A DNA stretch of 13,526 nt. Source: an uncultured Dehalococcoidia bacterium (GTDB lineage: Bacteria > Chloroflexota > Dehalococcoidia > Lucifugimonadales > UBA3495). Under the pieces are notes generated by a model, which saw only the letters and a list, made by a program, of their open reading frames with translations, was not told the origin of the DNA and ran no database searches. The translations under genes and the position numbers were made by a program. This document shows positions 1 to 8,218 of the stretch, in pieces. The DNA lies in the NCBI GenBank assembly GCA_950072105.1, contig CATMOE010000079.1, positions 1 through 13,526 of the forward strand, in the 5' to 3' direction. Positions within the stretch are counted from its first letter, which is position 1. Every line of letters starts with the position of its first letter.

Positions 1-92
1 CTACAACCGGCAGCGCCGCGAGTCCAGCAACGCTGCCATATCCCCTTGATCTCTCCTTAACAAAAGTGTCCCACTTTTGCTGGTTGCCAACA
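1..92 (+). mobile_element. Probable right end of an IS3-family insertion sequence (degenerate transposase C-terminus plus right inverted repeat)
   Basis: Frame 2 (nt 2-49) reads YNRQRRESSNAAISP*, resembling the IS3-family OrfB C-terminal motif YNxxRxHSSLxxxSP. It is followed by GTGTCCCACTTTTGCTGGTTGCCAACA (66-92), which fits the IS3-type IRR pattern GTGTCC...CA-3'. The rest of the element lies outside the window. Confidence 0.55.
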
Positions 93-1043
93 GACCTGAC
101 CACGTCCAACCCAATCACGACCTTGTTAACCGACAGTCGCTGGCAGTTGGATTGGACTTTCGCCACCCCGGTAGAGGTACAAGCCGGCGTAACAAGAACC
201 CTGGTATTCCAAGCCGAGGCTCTGGTTGCCACGGGCAACTACTCCAGCGAAGGCTACGCCTTCTACCAGGGCCACGGCGTCAGCGTCCACAAAGACTCGA
301 CGATAACCGGCGACATAATAGGCGCGATCTCTAAAGTTAAGATCCATAAAAATACGGCCGTTAACGGCAACGTCAGAGCGGGAGGCAAGATCGACCTGAA
401 GAAAGACGTGACCGTTCAATTTGACGTGATTGGCGCAGCTGACATCAAGCTGGACAAGGACGTTAGCGTTACCGGCGACGTTACGGCTGAAGGAGACGTG
501 ACGCTGGGCCAAGGCGCGTCGGTAACCGGGACGGTCCTATCCCAAGCCAGTGGGCTGACCATTGTGCCAGCTGACCTCCTGATCCCCTCGACCCTGGCTG
601 CCGACGGCCAGGATATCGAGGTGGCCAAGAACGGCTCTATGTCCTTAAGCCCCGGCAGTTACGGCGAACTTCGGCTCAAACAGAACTCTACTTTAGACCT
701 GGTAGCAGGACAGTACGCGTTCGAGAAAGTAACCCTGGACAAGGATTCGAACATCGATCTCGACCTGACTAACGGAGCGATCACTTCCCAAGCGGGTAGC
801 GCTTCGGACATAAAATTCCGGGCTCAAAGCAGCATCGATCTGCACAAGGACAGTGATCTAGTGGGCGCCTACCTCTCCTTGGGCGGCAAGAAGGAATCCG
901 CCATTACCTGGCCCTCCGCGACCGTAAGAGTCATGGATGTTTTCCAAGTTACGACAACCAACGCCAATGGCGAAATTGGCAGCTTCGAGGCCTGGGTGGG
1001 TCTGGACTCAGGGCTGATCAACCGGCCCATAGTGGGCCGCTAA
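66..1043 (+). CDS. Beta-helix (bactofilin-like repeat) protein, probably surface or pilus associated; likely 5'-truncated
   Basis: 325 aa ORF with tandem ~17-18 aa repeats (GDIIGAISKVKIHKNTAVN / GNVRAGGKIDLKKDVTVQ / FDVIGAADIKLDKDVSVT / GDVTAEGDVTLGQGASVT) and a PGSYGELRL...GQYAFEKVTL segment typical of beta-solenoids. The GTG start lies inside the putative IS end and there is no signal peptide, so native sequence probably resumes at nt 93 (DLTTSNP). Confidence 0.6.
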   Translation: MSHFCWLPTDLTTSNPITTLLTDSRWQLDWTFATPVEVQAGVTRTLVFQAEALVATGNYSSEGYAFYQGHGVSVHKDSTITGDIIGAISKVKIHKNTAVNGNVRAGGKIDLKKDVTVQFDVIGAADIKLDKDVSVTGDVTAEGDVTLGQGASVTGTVLSQASGLTIVPADLLIPSTLAADGQDIEVAKNGSMSLSPGSYGELRLKQNSTLDLVAGQYAFEKVTLDKDSNIDLDLTNGAITSQAGSASDIKFRAQSSIDLHKDSDLVGAYLSLGGKKESAITWPSATVRVMDVFQVTTTNANGEIGSFEAWVGLDSGLINRPIVGR

Positions 1044-1076
1044 ACGCCGGCGAGTCAAAGGTACCTGGATCACGCA

Positions 1077-1118
1077 AAAAGACACCGCCGGCTCAGTACT
1101 GAGCCGGCGGTGTCTTTT
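1077..1118. terminator. Bidirectional intrinsic terminator (perfect 42-bp palindrome)
   Basis: AAAAGACACCGCCGGCTCAGT|ACTGAGCCGGCGGTGTCTTTT, with A/T tracts on both sides, between convergent genes ending at 1043 (+) and 1171 (-). Confidence 0.85.
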
Positions 1119-1170
1119 AATCTCGTTCATCTTAAGGACCGATCCTTCGAACCTCACCAGTTATTAGTCT

Positions 1171-1965
1171 CTATTCGTTCTCGCTCCACTCAGTTTCCAT
1201 CTCATCTTCTACAATGACGTCCTCTTCGTCTTCGTCATCCTCCAGGTCGTCATCCCTGGTGTAGCGGACCAGACTTTCACTCAAGTAGATCCGGTTCTCT
1301 GCTTTGGACTTGATCGGGAAGGAGCAAACATTCTGCAAACTTTGGTGGCGATAGGTTTCCCGGATTGTTATCGAGATTCCATCGTCGCGGACACCAATTA
1401 TCGCCGCTTGGTATTGATTGCCACCGCCCATCAACTTAATGAGCCGTCTTCCCAGCTTGGGTTCTATCTGACCCAGGTAATCATCGTCTTGGGAGTAAAC
1501 GTTGATGGCATCGTTTTCTACTACGAGTGTGGCCGGGTCGCTGGGGGCTAGCCGGGCCGTAGCTTGGCCGGTAACCGCTTTGATCAAGACTGTAGTGCCT
1601 GATTTTCCGCTCTCTTCGATGAACAACTGGAGCCCGCCGCCGACTTTACGAACCTGATTGTTCCCGGCTGGCGTGATTTCCAGTTGAACCAATCGCGCCA
1701 GGTTCTTCTTGGCGATGTTATTGTAGGGCGCCAGGGTTGTGACCCGGTCCAAGACCTCCCTGGCCTCGGGGTAGCGGGCCAACTCCATCAGAGCCTTACC
1801 CAGCCGGTTCATGGCGTCTACATCGTCTTGCGACAGCTCCAAGATGCAACGGTTGACCTCGGAAGCCTGCTCCCATTTCCCTTTCAGGGCCAGAGTGATG
1901 GCGTCCCGGCTCAAATCCCTTACGGATCTGGAGGTGTTAGCTAGATCTGTCACCCCACTATCCAT
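1171..1965 (-). CDS. Tetratricopeptide repeat protein with a HIRAN-like central domain and acidic C-terminal tail
   Basis: TPR pattern (DAMNRLGKALMELARYPEAREVLDRVTTLAPYNNIAKKNL), then INVYSQDDDYLGQIEPKLGRRLIKLMGGGNQYQAAI (HIRAN-like), then a D/E-rich tail. GGAG lies upstream of the ATG. Confidence 0.8.
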   Translation of the reverse strand: MDSGVTDLANTSRSVRDLSRDAITLALKGKWEQASEVNRCILELSQDDVDAMNRLGKALMELARYPEAREVLDRVTTLAPYNNIAKKNLARLVQLEITPAGNNQVRKVGGGLQLFIEESGKSGTTVLIKAVTGQATARLAPSDPATLVVENDAINVYSQDDDYLGQIEPKLGRRLIKLMGGGNQYQAAIIGVRDDGISITIRETYRHQSLQNVCSFPIKSKAENRIYLSESLVRYTRDDDLEDDEDEEDVIVEDEMETEWSENE

Positions 1966-2214
1966 CCCGTCTCCAGTCGCGTGTGCGCTCGAAATGATGA
2001 ATCCTATGCCTACATAGGCGTGGTTACTGGTGATTTAATAAATACATTATGTAGTTACACCAAAACCACACCATGGGTCAAGCGTTTTCGAAACGATTAT
2101 CCAGTGAATTCTACACACTACCCTTGATGTCACCAGACTGAACCAATAGGAAGTAATACTCAAGCCGCCGCCCGGATGGCTTAAAAACCGTCGGGCCGCC
2201 CCGGCTACGATTCT

Positions 2215-2988
2215 TCATTGGCCGCTCTCATCAGAAGTTTGATCCAACACGCCGGCACGATACCGGCCCTTCCTGTAACGCCAGCGCATCTTCATAAGAT
2301 CCAAGGTCATGGCGATCGAATCCCTTACAGGCCGCACCTTGCTGCGGTCCCGGTAGTACCAGTCCACCCCTATCTCTTGAATTGCCATCCCGGCCCGCCG
2401 TGCCCGGTACAGGACCTCCACATCGAACCCAAACCCATCAATGGTCTGCCCTTGAAACAGCAAAGGAACGGATTCATCCCGAAAACACTTGAAGCCGCAT
2501 TGAGTATCGGCCACCCCGGGCACTCCTAGAAACCGCACCAGGATATTATAAACCCTGCCCATCAGGTGGCGCCTAAGCGGCTCTCCGATCCTGCGGGCGC
2601 CGGGCGCTTCTCTGGAGCCCAACGCCACGTCAACTCCATCGATCTGGGGAGGCAATAGGCGCTCCACCTGTTCGATGGGCACCGAGAGGTCGGCGTCACA
2701 AAGGAGCCGGTACTGTCCTTCGGCGGCCAGCATGCCGTTCATCACCGCCCATCCCTTGCCCCGGTGCGGGAGGCTAAGCAGGCGCACTCCGGACGAACTC
2801 GAAATAAAGTCTTCGATCAGTAGGGCCGAATCATCGGTGCTCCCATCATCCGCGATAACCACCTCCCACGTACGGTCCCACCCATTGAGGAAGCCCACCA
2901 CCTGCTTCAGGGTCTCGCCGATGCGGGCCTGTTCGTTATATACCGGGATGACGATGGAAAGAAATACCGAAGGCAAGGGGCGTACCAT
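2215..2988 (-). CDS. GT2 glycosyltransferase, dolichyl/polyprenyl-phosphate glucosyltransferase-like
   Basis: SIVIPVYNE, VVIADDGSTD, HRGKG, DADLS, ADTQCGFKCF and GFGFDVEVL motifs of the DPG/DPM synthase-like family. Confidence 0.9.
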   Translation of the reverse strand: MVRPLPSVFLSIVIPVYNEQARIGETLKQVVGFLNGWDRTWEVVIADDGSTDDSALLIEDFISSSSGVRLLSLPHRGKGWAVMNGMLAAEGQYRLLCDADLSVPIEQVERLLPPQIDGVDVALGSREAPGARRIGEPLRRHLMGRVYNILVRFLGVPGVADTQCGFKCFRDESVPLLFQGQTIDGFGFDVEVLYRARRAGMAIQEIGVDWYYRDRSKVRPVRDSIAMTLDLMKMRWRYRKGRYRAGVLDQTSDESGQ

Positions 2989-3107
2989 CCTCGAAGCTAT
3001 TGGCTATAGTGGCTTTGGCTGCCGGTCCCCCGGGGGTGCGGCCATATCGAGAAGATTCTACTCGTCCGTGGTGGGGGTCAAAACCGCCACAACGGACCGG
3101 CGGCGAA

Positions 3108-4334
3108 CTAAGGCTCTTCGTCTAACTGGAATCCGCGGTGCAACAAACGAACCGCTTCGGCCACCTGCTCCTCTTTGACAACACAGGAAATCCGAATCTC
3201 CGAAGTTGTGATCATGTCGATATTGATAGCGCCGTCGGCCAGGATGCGAAACATTCGCGAGGCATATCCTGGAGTGTTCTGCATGCCGGAACCCACCACG
3301 CTCACCGAGGCCAGGGTGTCGTCGCTCACCAAGTCCCCGGCTCCGATCTCTTGGACGACGGCTTCCATCTGAGCTAACGCCAGTGGCAGGTCGGTGCGGC
3401 TCACCGTAAAGCTGATGTCAGTGGTACGGTCTACACTTGTGTTCTGGACGATGGTATCCACGCTGGTACCGGTCTGGGCTAGAGGCTCAAACAGAGCGGC
3501 GGCGATACCGGGCCGGTCAGGCACCGAACGGACGGTGATCTTGGCTACGTTGGTGTCGTAGGCTATCCCAGTGACCTTTATTCTATCTTCCATAGGCCTT
3601 TCGTCCGCTTTTTGATGGATGAGGGTGCCCTGGGTTTCCTTGAAGCTTGACGCCACATAGATAGGGATCTGGAACGCCGCCCCGAGTTCGATTGACCGCG
3701 GATGCATCTTGGCCCCGTAACTGGCCAGTTCCAGCATTTCCTGATAGCCGATGTCGGCCATTTTCCGAGCCTCGGGCACGATGCGGGGGTCCGCGGTATA
3801 GATGCCTTCAACATCGGTATATATTTCGCACCGCTCAGCGCCCAGAGCGGCGGCCAGGGCCACAGCCGTGGTGTCCGAGCCGCCCCGGCCCAGAGTGGTC
3901 ACGTCCAGGTCCTCCGTGGCGCCTTGAAACCCGGCAACCACGATAAGCCGTCCAAGCTCTAGTTCCTGCCGGACCCGCTCCGTCTCAATACGGTGGATCC
4001 TGGCTTTGCCGTGGACCGTGTCGGTGCGTATACCGGCTTGGACGCCACTGAGACTGATAGCCTGATAGCCAAGAGTCCGTAATGCCATTGTCAACAATGT
4101 ACAGGATACCAGTTCCCCGGTGGAGAGAAGCAAGTCCAGCTCTCTGGGATCCGGCTGGGGGGATATCGTCTGGGCAAGTTCAATCAATTCGTCGGTAGTG
4201 TCACCCATGGCCGACACCACGGCGACTACATCCTTGCCAGAATCCTTAGTCGCGCCTATTCGACCGGCGACATTCAAGATCTTGCCGGCGTCGCCGACAG
4301 AACTTCCTCCATATTTTTGCACGATCAGCGACAA
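3108..4334 (-). CDS. lysC: Aspartate kinase
   Basis: IVQKYGGSSV, VVSAMGDTTD, TTLGRGGSDTTAVALAAAL and YTDVEGIYTADPR motifs, two C-terminal ACT domains ending ITTSEIRIS; TTG start. Confidence 0.97.
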   Translation of the reverse strand: MSLIVQKYGGSSVGDAGKILNVAGRIGATKDSGKDVVAVVSAMGDTTDELIELAQTISPQPDPRELDLLLSTGELVSCTLLTMALRTLGYQAISLSGVQAGIRTDTVHGKARIHRIETERVRQELELGRLIVVAGFQGATEDLDVTTLGRGGSDTTAVALAAALGAERCEIYTDVEGIYTADPRIVPEARKMADIGYQEMLELASYGAKMHPRSIELGAAFQIPIYVASSFKETQGTLIHQKADERPMEDRIKVTGIAYDTNVAKITVRSVPDRPGIAAALFEPLAQTGTSVDTIVQNTSVDRTTDISFTVSRTDLPLALAQMEAVVQEIGAGDLVSDDTLASVSVVGSGMQNTPGYASRMFRILADGAINIDMITTSEIRISCVVKEEQVAEAVRLLHRGFQLDEEP

Positions 4335-4397
4335 GCTTTATGTTTCTCAGTTACACAGGCCGGCATTAAGATGCATCCGGAGTTACATGCCGGCGGT

Positions 4398-5318
4398 CTA
4401 GGCTTGGCTCACCAAATGGGCGCCCCTGATGGTGGGCTGAGTTATTTCCAGCCGGCCCGTTACGCCGGCTTGTTTGGCGGCTTCGGCCATTTCATAGGCC
4501 ACCGTCATCTCTCTACCCTGGGTAAAAGCAAGGACGGTTGAGCCGCTGCCTGAGAGAAACACTCCCAAAGCGCCGGCGTCCTCCGCTGCTTTAAACAGCA
4601 GCTTCATAGCTGGGAATAAGGGTTGCCGGTAGGGTTGGTGTAACCGGTCCTGTGTAGCCACTCGCAGATACTCCGGGTGGTTGGTAGTCATCCCAGCCAC
4701 CAGGAGAGCCGCCCGACCCATGTTAAAGACTGCGTCTTCCAGGCTCACTTCCCTTTTTAACACAGACCTGGCGTCGGCGGTGGCTATCCTATCTTCCGGA
4801 ATGAACAGAACCGCGTGTATCTCAGGGGGAATGTTGATGGGCGCGGTGAATAGCTGCTGCCCGTCCTGGACCACAAGTTGCAATCCGCCCAGCACCGATG
4901 CCGCCACGTTGTCCGGGTGTCCTTCGATAGTCGCTGCCATCTCCAGCAATTCGTTGGGACTAAAGAGTTGGGAGCACATCTCGTTCGCGGCAACTAATCC
5001 ACCCGATATGGCGGCGGCGCTACTGCCCAACCCTCGGGCCAAGGGTATCTCGTTGTGGCAGCGTATCCGCACTGGTGGCATTTCCCGGTCCGCCTCGCTG
5101 AAAAGGAAGGCCATCGCCCGGTGGACCAGGTTGTCGTCACCGGTTGCCAGCTCGCCGGCGCCCTCCCCGCTGATCTCCACCACAGGTCCGCTCATATCGA
5201 TGGACGGGCCGGAGGTAACATCGATCCGGTTCCACAGGTCAAGGGCCATCCCCAGGCAGTCGAACCCCGGCCCCAGATTGGCGGTGGTTGCGGGCGCTAG
5301 AACACCGATGGGTTCCAT
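4398..5318 (-). CDS. thrB: Homoserine kinase
   Basis: PATTANLGPGFDCLGMAL, IPLARGLGSSAAA (GHMP kinase loop), EGHPDN, DRLHQPYR and LSGSGST motifs. Confidence 0.97.
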   Translation of the reverse strand: MEPIGVLAPATTANLGPGFDCLGMALDLWNRIDVTSGPSIDMSGPVVEISGEGAGELATGDDNLVHRAMAFLFSEADREMPPVRIRCHNEIPLARGLGSSAAAISGGLVAANEMCSQLFSPNELLEMAATIEGHPDNVAASVLGGLQLVVQDGQQLFTAPINIPPEIHAVLFIPEDRIATADARSVLKREVSLEDAVFNMGRAALLVAGMTTNHPEYLRVATQDRLHQPYRQPLFPAMKLLFKAAEDAGALGVFLSGSGSTVLAFTQGREMTVAYEMAEAAKQAGVTGRLEITQPTIRGAHLVSQA

Positions 5319-6433
5319 TATCGCACTGGACTCGATGCGAGCACCCGTTCGAAGACGAAACGGCCCAAGTCCTTGTTTTCCTTGAATTCGAATCCGTCGA
5401 AACCGCTGCCGTAGCCGATGATGGGTACGCGCTCCTCGTACAGCGAACCGTGGGAGCGTAGTGTTGGCGGCATGGTAACCTCTTGAGGGTCCCCGAACAC
5501 CACGTCCGGCGCGCCCAATACCATCAGGTCTCCGATGCGGCCGGACATCAGATGAAACTTCTTCGCCGCTTCCTCACGGGGAAGCGCCTCATCGATGCCG
5601 TCGATACCGCGTAGGACCTCCAACGCTTTTTCCTGATCGCTTTCCTGAAGATACAAGTAGATGCAACCGCCCAGATTGGAGTGGTGAACCGTGTACAGGT
5701 CCTTAATGATAGGGACTGCTTGCGCCTGGATCCCCCGGCTGGCCAGCTCCCCCGGGAGGTGAATCATACGGCCCTTGGAGGACATCCCATGGTCGGCGGT
5801 CACCAAAAGTTGGACATCCGGTAAACTATCCATCAAACGGCCGATAGCGGCGTCTAACAACTCGATGTGCCTGGCCGACTCCGGTTCTTCCGGAGCGTAT
5901 GTGTGCATGGCATAGTCTGTCGTGGTCAGATATACCAGATCGTAATGTTCTTGGCTTAGGATGTAGCGGCCGGCGTCGATGACCCATTCATTAACTTCGA
6001 TGGAGTATATGGGCGGTGGCTCACCCACCCCATCCACCACCCACTGGGGTGGCTGCTCCGAGGACACACTGAGGGTCGTCCCCTCTCCCAAAAGCTTTCG
6101 TAGCTTGTCCTTGGCGGTGACCAAGAGAGACCGGGCGCCTTGCTTGGTTGCCCGCTGGAACATGTTCTCGGCCAGAATGAACTCGCCAGACTCCATGTAG
6201 TACTCTTTGCCATCCTCCCGATTTCGCCAGTAGTTGGAGGTGATTCCATGGGCTTCCGGATAGCTGGCGGTCACCAGCGACACGTTGTTCACGTTAGTGA
6301 CCGTAGGCATCATGGCCTTGGCTTCAGTCATAAAACCCTGCTTGGCCAGTTGCCGAAGATTCGACATGGGGCTGCTTTCCACGTATTCCGGGTCGAACCC
6401 GTCAATCATCACCAGAACTGTCATTAAAGCCAC
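5318..6433 (-). CDS. Alkaline phosphatase superfamily protein, phosphonoacetate hydrolase (PhnA)-like
   Basis: MIDGFDPEY, MPTVTNVNNVSLVT...HGITSNY, DLVYLTTTDYAMH, TADHGM and LRSHGS motifs match the PhnA-type pattern. Start placed at GTG 6433 (GAGGTG just upstream) instead of 6493. The stop overlaps the thrB ATG (TAATG). Confidence 0.8.
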   Translation of the reverse strand: MALMTVLVMIDGFDPEYVESSPMSNLRQLAKQGFMTEAKAMMPTVTNVNNVSLVTASYPEAHGITSNYWRNREDGKEYYMESGEFILAENMFQRATKQGARSLLVTAKDKLRKLLGEGTTLSVSSEQPPQWVVDGVGEPPPIYSIEVNEWVIDAGRYILSQEHYDLVYLTTTDYAMHTYAPEEPESARHIELLDAAIGRLMDSLPDVQLLVTADHGMSSKGRMIHLPGELASRGIQAQAVPIIKDLYTVHHSNLGGCIYLYLQESDQEKALEVLRGIDGIDEALPREEAAKKFHLMSGRIGDLMVLGAPDVVFGDPQEVTMPPTLRSHGSLYEERVPIIGYGSGFDGFEFKENKDLGRFVFERVLASSPVR

Positions 6434-6532
6434 GGTTAACACCTCGACTGAATCTTGGAGAAATCTCAGTTCCCGAAAGGAGCAGATGGGCACTAGGCCC
6501 GGCGCGGCCGTCCGGAACAGAAGGATGATTAG

Positions 6533-6561
6533 ACTCTAACTCAACTTCTCTTCGGCGGCAA
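6533..6561 (-). promoter_or_regulatory. Candidate sigma70-type promoter for the phnA-like/thrB/lysC cluster
   Basis: Minus strand TTGCCG-N17-TAGAGT, about 100 nt upstream of the proposed start and downstream of the treT-like terminator. Confidence 0.35.
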
Positions 6562-6630
6562 CAAGCCACACTACGCACGATGCTACAACGTAATGGTTGG
6601 GGCGTTGGAAGTGGGTTGAACAGGATCCGG

Positions 6631-6662
6631 AAAGCGGCCGGTTTTAACGCCCCGGCCGCTTT
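6631..6662 (-). terminator. Intrinsic terminator-like hairpin downstream of the TreT-like gene
   Basis: AAAGCGGCCGG-N10-CCGGCCGCTTT, an 11-bp inverted repeat 50 nt past the stop codon; U tract is short. Confidence 0.65.
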
Positions 6663-6712
6663 GATCACTCAGCAAGAACTAGCTGGGGACGTCCACAGCC
6701 AGCCTCCTGGTT

Positions 6713-8062
6713 TTAGCAGTCGGCGGCTATTGATTCCGTTGGAGAAGAGATCGATCGGCCCTCGGAAGCCTCGGCGTCATGACCTTTTCCATTGTTAGAG
6801 GCGGCCAGACTTGCCTGGGCCACGTTCAAGTAGTCCAACGCTAAGCGGGGTAGTAAGAAGCGCTGCCTAACGCTTTCCTGTGCCGCCTGACCCATCTTCA
6901 GCATCGTATCGGGGTGGCTGATAAGATTCACGATTCTCCTGGCACATTCTTCCGGGCTATCAACTAAGTAGCCAGACACGCCATCCTCGATCTGTATGCG
7001 GATTCCCCCGACATTCCCGCCGATCATGGGCTTGCCTTTCCACATAGCCTCGGTGACCGTCAGTCCGAAACCTTCTCGCGTGGACTTCTGCAGCAACACC
7101 TGAGAAGCCACTTGGAATGCGTTGACAACCCGATCGATCGACGTGGGCAGCCCTTCGCAGGAAAAGTACAGGTGTATATCCGGGTCCTGCTCGGCGTGAC
7201 CGGCCACGCTGTTATACACTACTTGAGACTCGGGGTCATCGATGGCCTCGCTCAATCCAAGCAGAGCTAATTGCAATCCCGGAACATCCTTTCGGGCCAG
7301 TCTAAACGCGTCTATCACACCACACGGGTCCTTCCATAGATCGAAGCGGGACACCTGGGTGATCAGGGGCCTGGCGGTGTCGATGCCCATGGCGGACACG
7401 ATCTTGAACGCTTCCGGCTCCTGCATCGCTGTATTCTTGGCGCTCACCGGATCGATCGCCGGCGGGGCGATGCGAACTCGTGGGGTACCAGCCAGTTCCT
7501 TGGGCACATAAGATTCCAGTGAGAACACCAACTGGTCATAGTCTTGAGTAAGGGGCAGCAATGTTTCCAGAACGCTGGCGTTGGGGGCGGTGAGGTCGAT
7601 GTGGCATACCCAATTCCATACCCCGCCGCGGTTTTCCCGCAGCATACCGGCCAGGGGCAATAGCTGGGGATCGTGCATGAACCAAATATCAGCTTCGGCG
7701 TTGCTAGTTCGAAATTCGGCTGCCACGTCCTCGATGCTGCCGAAATAAACCTTCAACTCCTCGGCGGACAGGGTACCGGGAGCTCCTTGCAACAGGTTGT
7801 GGATCCGTTTGGTGACCTGGAAAAACTCGGCGGGCGGATTGATCACGATCCACTCAGTCTCAATGCCCAGGGCATTCATTAGAGGGGTCATCGACTGGAG
7901 GATCTCGGCGACGCCTCCCCCCTTGGCGGTGCTATTCACATGGACGATGCGGCGTCCCCGCAACTGTTCAGCCACCCCCGTTAGTTGGTCTGAAAGCTGA
8001 GACGAAATCAGTGGGCTGTATTGGCGGAAGTCGACCTCACCGTTATTGGTCGTGGTCAACAT
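6713..8062 (-). CDS. treT: GT4 glycosyltransferase, trehalose synthase TreT-like
   Basis: HVNSTAKGGGVAEIL, HDPQ, CHID, QVSRFDLWKDP and QKSTREGFGLTVTEAMWKGKP motifs characteristic of the TreT family. ATG 8062 preferred (AAGGA upstream); alternative GTG at 8080. Confidence 0.8.
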   Translation of the reverse strand: MLTTTNNGEVDFRQYSPLISSQLSDQLTGVAEQLRGRRIVHVNSTAKGGGVAEILQSMTPLMNALGIETEWIVINPPAEFFQVTKRIHNLLQGAPGTLSAEELKVYFGSIEDVAAEFRTSNAEADIWFMHDPQLLPLAGMLRENRGGVWNWVCHIDLTAPNASVLETLLPLTQDYDQLVFSLESYVPKELAGTPRVRIAPPAIDPVSAKNTAMQEPEAFKIVSAMGIDTARPLITQVSRFDLWKDPCGVIDAFRLARKDVPGLQLALLGLSEAIDDPESQVVYNSVAGHAEQDPDIHLYFSCEGLPTSIDRVVNAFQVASQVLLQKSTREGFGLTVTEAMWKGKPMIGGNVGGIRIQIEDGVSGYLVDSPEECARRIVNLISHPDTMLKMGQAAQESVRQRFLLPRLALDYLNVAQASLAASNNGKGHDAEASEGRSISSPTESIAADC

Positions 8063-8218
8063 TTGAATATAATCCTTCACTCAAACGACGCTTTCAATGC
8101 GCCGGTTTAGTTCGATATATAGATACCTTTTATATCATTTCACTTCTTAACATTGACTTCAACCCATTATCGATGAATTGTTGACGGGTTTACCGTATTT
8201 GGTGCTTACGCCGGCAAA

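Noticed and set aside
4681..5385. Long antisense ORFs (e.g. 4681..5385, 2675..3178, 8348..8851, 11702..12187)
   Set aside because: Shadow frames of well-supported minus-strand genes, expected in GC-rich DNA.
6434..6530. Lysine/SAM riboswitch, T-box or thr attenuator ahead of the thrB-lysC cluster
   Set aside because: No recognisable aptamer consensus, T-box motif, Thr/Ile-rich leader peptide or terminator in the ~100 nt leader.
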